A DNA stretch of 62,422 nucleotides from Welwitschia mirabilis (Eukaryota). Where the stretch lies: the NCBI GenBank assembly GCA_051453625.1, contig JBOZIK010000001.1:1979113-2041534 (forward strand). Direction: 5' to 3'. The notes beneath the pieces were generated by a model. That model saw only the letters and a program-made list of their open reading frames with translations, did not search any database and was not told where the DNA came from. Positions 53,101 to 62,422 of this stretch are shown here, piece after piece. Position numbers and translations under genes: made by a program. Each line of letters starts with the position of its first letter. The first letter of the stretch is position 1.

Positions 53101-54066
53101 GGAAAATATAGCATCTGTTGCAACATTATTAGTGCAGGGAGAAGTGGTCTAGAAAGGAAGAAAGTGTTTGAAATCCTAATTCATGTTATGGATCGCCTGT
53201 AATTTTGAAGACTTTCACACAAAAAGCACATATGCAATAAAAGGATTTAGACCGATCACTTTGATTGGATTCCTCTAAAAAAATTTTTTTGTTGATCTCA
53301 GTATTCAATTTCATGTTTTCTTGTTGAGGAAGAGAAAATAGATTCTCAGCATTCTCTAATTGAATTAAAGTTCATTCTAATTAATCTTATAGTAGAAGTT
53401 GTTTTCTGACTGTGGTATGTTTTTCTGCCGTGCACCAATTCCAACTCCTCCTGCTGTGGTTGTATCATCTTTAATGATTTCCACTCCATATTTTTGTTAC
53501 ATAATAAAGAACTCAATGATGCTGTCCTAACATTCAGTTATTGAAAGCATGCCTAAAATAGGATCAAGATATTTGGGTAGAATGTTGTTAATTCTATGTT
53601 GAAAGAAGCTAGACTAAAAGGGAGAAGATGGAGTTAGTGTTGGTTACTCTGGATCAAAAGAAAATTCACAAAAGAAATGCAAAGATTTTTAAGATGCCTT
53701 ACCTCTACTAAACTCTAATTAGTGCAAAGTAAACGAGATGCTAAAGAAGCAGGCTAGAAGTGGAGCAGTGGCAAACCTTTCTCAATATTGGCACCTCAAA
53801 CAAAGAGATTTGATAGAGCCTTTAGAGGAGAGAAATTTTATAACTAGATCTTGTATTTTTCACTTCTTTAAGTTGGAGACAATAAGTAGAACATGATGAC
53901 AGGAATTGGTGTTCATGGAGTAAGGCATTTGAAATTAAATCCAATACAGAAGTTACTAAAACAAATCTAATAGTTGTGATATATGATATATCTTTATGAA
54001 TTAATGTGCTAAGCTTCTGAAACAAAATTCATGCACAAGCCCAGAGATTAAAGAATAAATAACATA

Positions 54067-55770
54067 CCTCACAATATGAAGATGGAATTGATAGAGCAAT
54101 ATCTTGACTATACTGAAAGCACTCACTAACCAAACGAATAGCATGCACATCCTTGTTAACATAGTCAGCACAAGCACCAAGCTCTTTGAGTGAAGGTTTT
54201 GCAATTGGCTATAAAAACATATTATCCTTTGCAACTAAGATAATCCTTTCTAATAAAGATTTTTGCCATCTGATTCTATGATTTTTTCATATTATTTTTA
54301 ATACTTCATATTCATCACCTTTAGTGAGAATGGGCTACATCTAGGCTGAGTTCTTAATTCAATAAGCTATGAATCACATTTTGATTTCCTTTCATTGATT
54401 TCTATGATGTAATATATGTTCTCATTCGGCATCAAAATATGCATTTATTTTCCTGTTAATATATGTATCATTGAACAATTTTCTAAGGTTTTGAAAACAA
54501 CTGTCTTGAAGCTTGGTAGGTACATATTTCCTAGGAACATCCTCTTTAGTCCAAAAACACAGCACCACCTGATCCTCTGCACTGAACTGTAGTGCATTGC
54601 TTAACAAATTAAACAATCTTTATTATAGCTGGCCATACTCAACCTTAACCCACAACTCCTCGCCCACATACTTATAGAAAATCAAAAGAACAAGATTTCA
54701 TTTGTAAAAGATTTAACTCCNNNNNNNNNNNNNNNNNNNNNNNNNNNNNNNNNNNNNNNNNNNNNNNNNNNNNNNNNNNNNNNNNNNNNNNNNNNNNNNN
54801 NNNNNNNNNNNNNNNNNNNNCATCTAGAAAATCAAAAGCAGAAGATTTCATTTGTAAAAGATTTAACTCCATTTTAGAACCTTGAAATGCATTAGAACGT
54901 GTAGTGTTGATTAGGCCAAAAATGGCTATAATAAAGGTCCTCAAATCATGACTTACTTGAGGAAAAACCATACTTTTGTTATTGTTCATTCTCTCTAGCT
55001 ATTAAATTAGTGTAGCACAAAGTTGTAGCACTTTTGTCGCAGGTTGAGTAAGGAAACAAACAAAAGTAATGGTTATTGTGAAAATGGTAACAGACAAAGA
55101 AATTAAGAGAGTTTATATTCTTAGGCTTGATGTGGTAATACGACCCTAGATACCATTATGTGGGATAATAACCATAAGTAACTGCACACAAACACAAAAA
55201 AGGATGAAAAATCCAACATAGATTTGGTTTAATTTGTGGGTTTTATTATAATGTTAGGCTTTACATTAATGATCCACTTTGTAAGCAAAACAATAAAAAA
55301 AATACCAGTACAATAATACTCTCTAGAATTGAAGTCATGTTCAACTTCATATTATTTATTTAGTCACCTTGAAGATCATCTAAAACAGTAACCACAAAAG
55401 GGTGAGCATGCATTGAGGACCAAAACCATGTCATAACTGTCATGGCTATGAAGACTCTTAGTAGAAAGACTTGCATTGCTATAACATGGTTTTTTAAAAT
55501 GTGGATCAATGCTAAATCAAATAAAGAAGACACAAACATGGAACTAATTTTTCATGCTAATGTAAAAATTCTCAATTAAATTTGAGTTACCACAATAAAG
55601 AAATATGCTTATGCACCTGCAATAATTTGAATACAGGGTTTGAGTAATTCAAGGCACCTGCTATGTTCTTAAGCTATGAAGGAATATTTTCATCCACTAG
55701 GAGCTTAACCATTGCTTTTGTCCTAAAATATGAACTCTCTCTTCAAAGAGACCTGGTGAAGGAATGCATC
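54067..55770 (-). pseudogene. CKI1-like hybrid histidine kinase fragments (TM, HisKA, partial HATPase, partial receiver)
   Basis: Hydrophobic TM then LCATLI**LERMNNNKSMVFPQVSHDLR (H-box); RLFNLLSNALQFSAEDQV (N-box); VAKDNMFL*PIAKPSLKELGACADYV (receiver start). Stops and large internal deletions. The 55200-55770 part is more tentative. Confidence 0.8.
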
Positions 55771-55781
55771 TTGAATGGAAT

Positions 55782-55851
55782 TTTTCCAACATATAATCAA
55801 GTTAAGATGCTTTCTACAACATTTTCCAACATATAATCAAGTTAAGATGCT
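55782..55851. repeat. 30-bp direct repeat (period 40)
   Basis: ttttccaacatataatcaagttaagatgct at 55782-55811 and 55822-55851. Confidence 0.9.
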
Positions 55852-56081
55852 CTATATGATAGTTATTCTATTTAAGAAAATTAATGAAACATATAAGGTA
55901 ACAGAGATTCAACATAGAAAATCTCAACAATGGATTAGACGCATTGGACATTGGTAGGCACAAGCCCGCTTCAAATATTGCAAGGCTCTTATATTGGCTA
56001 CAATTTAAGATTGAATTACAGATAGGAATCTGAAAACCAAAATCTAAAGTATAAGCAGCACATTATGAAGGTGTATTACAC

Positions 56082-57153
56082 TGTTGCGCTGCCAACTCAC
56101 ATATCTTTGATAGGATATTCTGAGTTGTTTGGCAAGTAAATAGATAGGTAAATCTTTGGTTTTCATGATAATAAAGAGCTAGGATGAAAAGGATGGAAAT
56201 ATGCAATATCTATGATAAATTACAAGCATTCTGAGCAAATATGAATAATCTGTATTTCTGATGATAACTTCTTGCAAATAACAAAACTAATGCACTGATT
56301 AAAGATTTATTGAAGACCATCGTCTGGAATACAGGACGAACGATCGTGCCAACTGGATGTCACTAAGGTCTGACTAGCAACTGATGTGGATTTGATTATG
56401 AGATGGCATCGTCTCCTTTATCATCCAGATGACCATCAGAACTACATTGATTGTAAGGCCCGCACTGAATGTTCACCCAACTTTTACCACTTGTATTCCG
56501 ATTCCTTTCTGCATAGTCGTTAGGGTTTACCCACGTCTTTCTGTTTGTTTCATTTCATGTTTTGAGTCAATAAACAGAGGTCTCTCCCTCGACTCCTCCT
56601 TATATTTGTTTGCACTCAACATTCTCGTGACAGGAGATTAAAGGGCTAGAAAACCATCTTGTAGTTTTAGAGAAATGTTTCTTGGTGTTGGACGACATTT
56701 CCTCCATTGAGGTGTGGCTACTTTATAACACGGATGTGATGTGATTTCTAATATAAAATATTTTTTTATGCTTCAATGTATAAATGATCTTCTTCCTCAT
56801 ATCTTATGTTGTTTGAAATCTAGTGACAGTTTCTGTTGTGATATAGGTTATAAGGACAATCTTTGTTAAGGCTGTGCTTGGATAGTTTAGGTGCATTGTT
56901 ATTTTCTTTTCCTAGATTATCTTTGTATAAATGTGTTTCATTTCATTTTTATGCATTGCAAGTTATTTTTATAGGTTAGGTTACAGTATTTCTTCATTAA
57001 AAGCAACTTTCTTATTTTCATATTTTGGCCTTCGATGGATTATGACATTCGGGTCACTCTCGTCTATATTACTGTGTTGTATTTATGCATATTATTTGTG
57101 ATTAATAGGATTCTACTCAGGACGTAAACGTTCCATAAATACGCACCACAACA
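56082..57153 (+). repeat. 5' LTR of the Athila-like element (~1.07 kb)
   Basis: Imperfect terminal inverted repeats tgttgcgctgc (56082) and gcaccacaaca (ending 57153), followed by the PBS. Confidence 0.7.
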
Positions 57154-57156
57154 TCT

Positions 57157-57171
57157 TGGCGCCATTACCGG
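57157..57171 (+). other. Primer binding site, tRNA-Asp type
   Basis: tggcgccattaccgg versus the Athila-type TGGCGCCGTTGCCGG, 3 nt after the LTR CA. Confidence 0.75.
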
Positions 57172-60100
57172 TGAAGGCTACTTGGAGTTCGAGAGTTGTT
57201 GTTGCTTTGGTAAGTATCTCAGTTTAGATGCTTGCTGTAGCAGTGGTGTAATAATACTTGTAGTAGTGTCGGTTTCCCATTTTTACAGAGTTAGTTTTCT
57301 GTTTTTTAAATTGAAGTCTATTTTTCTATTCTGCAATAAAAGTTCGTCGTTTGCTTCATCATCTAGATGACGCACTGTGACAACAGCCTCTGTGTCGTGA
57401 GTTTTTTATTTCAGTTTTTTTTGGTTAAATTTTCAGGGTTTTAGTCCCATTGTCACCTTGGTCGTCCAAACGAATCAGGTGGAGGACAATCTGTTTTTTG
57501 AGTCTTCCTATCAAGAATTAGTTTTTTTTCATCTCTATTTTCTGCTTTTTCTTTTCTTGTGGTTTCTATGTTTCTATGTCTATAATATCATCTGAACGAT
57601 GACAGGGATGACACTTTCACAAGTCCAAGACTGAGCATGAATGGTTAAATCTAGTAAAAAAGAAAAATATTAGAGAGAGCGACTCTTGATTGCTAAAAAT
57701 ATCAGAGAAGGTTTGATAAATATTGAAATAGAAATAGGTAATAATAGCAAAGGTATGCAAGATTTTGAATTTTCTGCAATTTCCAGTTTTATTTCTGCAG
57801 AATCTAATTTTGCTACCATGTCGACCTTAGCTCAAAAGCTTAAACAAGCTATCTCTCCAAATCCACCCCTTTTCACTAGAACTCCTACTTCCACTCCTTC
57901 TCAAACCAATACTCATGTCACTCTTAGAGATCTTATAGCGATTAAGAAATGTAAAATCCAAACTCTTTTTGATTTACCTCCCGATGATGATGTAGAAATC
58001 GGTAACTTAAATGCTTATCCTACTTTTAGTGGAGAACCCAATAAAGATCCTTTACAACACAGTGATGATATAGAACAACTTGTCCTTACTTCGTGAAACG
58101 GTAAGAAATGAATAAGTGATAGAACCTACATGGTCATCTTTCCATCACTTTAAGAGATAAAGCAAAACTTTGGCTTAGAACGATTCCCTATAAAAGCCTT
58201 AAATCTTGGAGTCAAGTTCAAGAAGGCTTCATCAAGTAAAAAAGAAGTCACTAACATCCAACAAATGCCTAATGAAGATGATGCCTATGCCTATGAGAGA
58301 TTCTTTATTGCCTTACATTCAAACCCTATAGATGCCTTTTCACAGGTAGAGCTAGTTGACTATTTTTATAGTGGGTTAAATAGTCATACAAAGTAACTTA
58401 TAGATTTTTCTTATGGAGGCAACTTATTAAACCAAATCCTAGATGATGCTTGGAAAGTCTTGGAAGATTTGGTAGAAGTAAGTCAAACCTGGTCTAAATC
58501 CTCACCTACAGAAAATTGAACTGTAATCTGAATCATTAAAGTTTTAAAAGAGGTAAAACATGAAAGGAATAAAAAAAAAGAAAAACCAAAAATGAACCAA
58601 CTAGTGTCATTAAGGATTTCACATATACCTTAAAGAAATACACCCAAATGATCTTTGATGCTAAAGTGGTAACTAAGAAGAGTGAAGTTGTAGTTCCAAC
58701 CTATGATTTGTGTAAAAATAGCTATCATGTCATGAAGTATTGCCCCTTGCTTTCTACTTACAAAGAGAAAATCTATGAAGAAGTTTATGCCTTTAACTAA
58801 AGACCCTCAAATCACACTCAAAACCACAATCAATGATAAGTCCAAAATCACAACAAATTTTAACATAGGATGAGTGAACAACCAAATTCTAGAAATTTTA
58901 AAATAGACCATCCTAACTTCCAACCTTTTAGAAATAGATTTAAGCCCTCAAACTTTCAATCCAACAACTCAAATAACTTAGTAAGTTTTTCAACTCTTAA
59001 AACCATAGTAATCCTCTTAGGAATTTCATTCAGAAGTTAGGAAAAACTTAAGAAAAGACAAACACCAACATAGAAAACTTGTGAGCATTTTACAACAATC
59101 CATGCTTGCCAATGAAAGATCACAAGGGTCTCTTCCCACTCAACCTTTACAGAAGCTTAATAAAGTTAGAAAAGATTGTAAAGTGGTGATAAGAAGTGGA
59201 AGTGATGTAGCATCTCTTACCCATGAGGCTTTAACTTCACAAAGTATTAANNNNNNNNNNNNNNNNNNNNNNNNNNNNNNNNNNNNNNNNNNNNNNNNNN
59301 NNNNNNNNNNNNNNNNNNNNNNNNNNNNNNNNNNNNNNNNNNNNNNNNNNAAGATAATTACCATGTCACAAAAGATTATCCCTTATTTTCTATCTATAAA
59401 GAGAAAATCTATGAGGAAGTTTGTGCCTTTAACCAAATACCTTCAAACTACATTCAAAATCACAACCAAAGACAAGTCCAAAATCACAATTTTCAACATA
59501 GGATGAGTGAGCAACTAAACTCTAGAAATTTTCAAACACATCATCCTAACTTCCAACCTTTTAGAAATAGATTTAAGCATTCAAATTTCAATCCAACAAC
59601 TCAAACAACTTGGCAAGCCCTTTCAACTCCCCAAACCATAGTGATCCTCTTAGGAATACCATTGAGGAGTTAAGTAAAACTCAAGAAAAGATAAACACCC
59701 ACATAGAAAACCTTATGAGTATTTTACAACAAACCATGCTTGCCAACTAAAGACCACAAGGTCAATTACCACTCGACCTTTATCAAACCCTAACAAAGTA
59801 AAAAAGATTATAAGGTAGTGACAAGAAGTGGAAGTGACACAACTCCTCTACCTATGAGGCTTCAACTTCCTAAAGTGATAAGAGTGATAAGGAAGGGGAC
59901 ATAGAAATCCTAGAAAACCATTCCTTCCCTTCCTTATTTAGCAACAAAAAGAATGATCCTTCATGAAAGAAACCTACTATCCTATGGTTTGATAGGCTTA
60001 ATACAAATCCCATCTTTAATGATCATTTAAAAGCCTTAATGCAAAATGTGAGGATTAACTCATCTTTTTGGAAACTTTTGCAAGAAAACTTAAGATTTTT

Positions 60101-62422
60101 TAAGCTATGGAAAGACTTAATAAGAAGGAAACAAAAATGACCCATCCTTAGTAAAGTCTTCCTAGCTCAATCCGTTAGCAACTTGGTGCGTCAAAAATGT
60201 TCAAAGTTTAAAATCTGGAGGTGGCAACCGTGAGTGTCACTTTAGAGGGGAACTGTAGAATAAAGAAAGCCTTGATTGATATTGGAGCTAGTGTCAACAT
60301 TATGCCCTTACACATTTGTCAATGTCTTAGTTTGGAAGAAAGAATAGAGCCTATACATATTATCTTGGAGTTGGCCGACACATCTATGACAAAACCATTA
60401 GGTGTGATCAAGGACTTGGTTATTCAAATAAAGGAAGCCTTTTACCCCATCGATGTAGTTGTTTTCAAAGTTGAGCAACATGGTGGATATCCCTTACTTC
60501 TAAGTAGAGATTTCTGTGCAACAGCCCATTGCATCATAGATACAAAAACCAGATTAATGAAGTGCCATTTTGGGAATAAAATTTTTTTGATAAGAGCGTT
60601 TGATGCGACCGAAAAAGATTTAGACAACAATTTAAGTTTAGATGAGGAAATCAAGCCAACCTTCTTTTTACAGCACCGTCTAATTGAGGAAAGATGGTCC
60701 ATGCTTCATGAGCCAACCTTGTTTAATGATAAATCAGAAGTAGACTACCTTTATGTGCTTAACAATCAACTTAAGTTTGACCATCTGCCAACTGATTTTT
60801 TTGATCTAGAGAGTAGTGAGCCTGAGTTTGTAAATTATGCTAAAGTCTAAGAAATTGAAAACCCTGAGATTTCTTGTTTTGAGGGTGGTCATTCACTACT
60901 GACATCTAGATGATATTATAAAATGACAGTCATCTTTTCTGAGAATTTTCCTGAGACCAAAAATTGGAACCTAAACCTGAACCTGAAACTCTTAGATAGT
61001 GGACTTAAATACATTTTTCTAAATAGGATCTTAACAAACCATTGATTATCAACAAAAACCTTTTCCCTCAACAAGAAACCAGTCTCATCACTCTTTTAGA
61101 ATCAAAGGTTCCTGTGTTTACTTGGTTCCATAACGATTTGACAGCCATACCCACTTCCATTGTGTAATATCAAATCTACCTCAAAGAAAATGCTAAACCT
61201 GTGAGGCAACCCCAATGTAGACTCAATCCAGCCCTANNNNNNNNNNNNNNNNNNNNNNNNNNNNNNNNNNNNNNNNNNNNNNNNNNNNNNNNNNNNNNNN
61301 NNNNNNNNNNNNNNNNNNNNNNNNNNNNNNNNNNNNNNNNNNNNNNNNNNNNNNNNNNNNNNNNNNNNNNNNNNNNNNNNNNNNNNNNNNNNNNNNNNNN
61401 NNNNNNNNNNNNNNNNNNNNNNNNNNNNNNNNNNNNNNNNNNNNNNNNNNNNNNNNNNNNNNNNNNNNNNNNNNNNNNNNNNNNNNNNNNNNNNNNNNNN
61501 NNNNNNNNNNNNNNNNNNNNNNNNNNNNNNNNNNNNNNNNNNNNNNNNNNNNNNNNNNNNNNNNNNNNNNNNNNNNNNNNNNNNNNNNNNNNNNNNNNNN
61601 NNNNNNNNNNNNNNNNNNNNNNNNNNNNNNNNNNNNNNNNNNNNNNNNNNNNNNNNNNNNNNNNNNNNNNNNNNNNNNNNNNNNNNNNNNNNNNNNNNNN
61701 NNNNNNNNNNNNNNNNNNNNNNNNNNNNNNNNNNNNNNNNNNNNNNNNNNNNNNNNNNNNNNNNNNNNNNNNNNNNNNNNNNNNNNNNNNNNNNNNNNNN
61801 NNNNNNNNNNNNNNNNNNNNNNNNNNNNNNNNNNNNNNNNNNNNNNNNNNNNNNNNNNNNNNNNNNNNNNNNNNNNNNNNNNNNNNNNNNNNNNNNNNNN
61901 NNNNNNNNNNNNNNNNNNNNNNNNNNNNNNNNNNNNNNNNNNNNNNNNNNNNNNNNNNNNNNNNNNNNNNNNNNNNNNNNNNNNNNNNNNNNNNNNNNNN
62001 NNNNNNNNNNNNNNNNNNNNNNNNNNNNNNNNNNNNNNNNNNNNNNNNNNNNNNNNNNNTGCTGAAATCATTTACTCCATCGCTAATAGTGAGTGGGTTA
62101 GCCCCTTAATGGTAGCACCAAAAAGGGTGAGAAATAACATATGTGCATAGACTTCTGAAAACTAAATGAGGTAACTGGAAAATACCACTGTCCTTTGCCT
62201 TTTCTTAATCAAATTCGCAATAGGATTCAGTGTTATTCTTTTCACTATTTCCTTGAAAATTATAGTGGTTACAATTAGGTTTGCATTGCCATTGAGGACA
62301 AAGCCAAAACTACTTTTGCTTCTCCTTTTGGTACCTTTGCTCTTAAATGCATGCCTTTCGGACTTTGTAATGCTCCTGGTACTTTTCAGTGTGCTATGAT
62401 GGGTATCTTTTTTGATATGCTT

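Larger units (their letters stand above)
56082..62422 (+). mobile_element. Athila-like Ty3/Gypsy element, 5' part (LTR, PBS, gag, protease, start of RT), runs off the window
   Basis: LTR 56082-57153; PBS at 57157; gag YPTFSGEPNKDPLQH; protease KALIDIGASVNIMP (ORF 60221-60850); RT KPVRQPQCRLNP, SEWVSP, YSGYN, KTTFASPFGTF, MPFGLCNAPGTFQ. Stops present. Confidence 0.9.

Noticed and set aside
61201-62109. 302-aa and 282-aa ORFs, and other X-rich ORFs in the track
   Set aside because: Artefacts of N gaps, which contain no stop codons.
1-62422. tRNA, rRNA or miRNA genes
   Set aside because: None recognised by eye; only PBS-length tRNA complements were seen. tRNAscan-SE or Infernal would be needed to exclude them.

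Overview
AT-rich, repeat-dense land-plant genomic DNA from a gappy draft scaffold (many 10-N and 100-N gaps). Only one gene looks intact: a three-exon, minus-strand PEPKR1-like (PEPC-kinase-related, CDPK-superfamily, no EF-hands) Ser/Thr kinase at 39551-42550, with three uORFs and a CpG/ACGT-rich upstream region. The rest is decayed mobile DNA and host-gene relics. Mobile DNA: a near-complete Sirevirus (SIRE/Maximus Copia) element with an extra 3' ORF (645-12942), several related LTRs including a solo LTR with a perfect 5-bp TSD, three Athila-like Gypsy remnants plus a solo LTR, and a 5'-truncated L1-type LINE. Host-gene relics: an intronless GC-rich GH9 endoglucanase pseudogene and a tau-class GST pseudogene. 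The most interesting structure is at ~49.7-56.1 kb: CACTA-like subterminal repeats followed by co-oriented fragments of unrelated host genes (trehalose-6-phosphate phosphatase, a possible LRR fragment, a CKI1-like hybrid histidine kinase), suggesting a Pack-type gene-capturing transposon. I see no evidence of a wholly new biological system. Family calls rest on motif recognition by eye, not database searches, and TE boundaries without TSDs are approximate.
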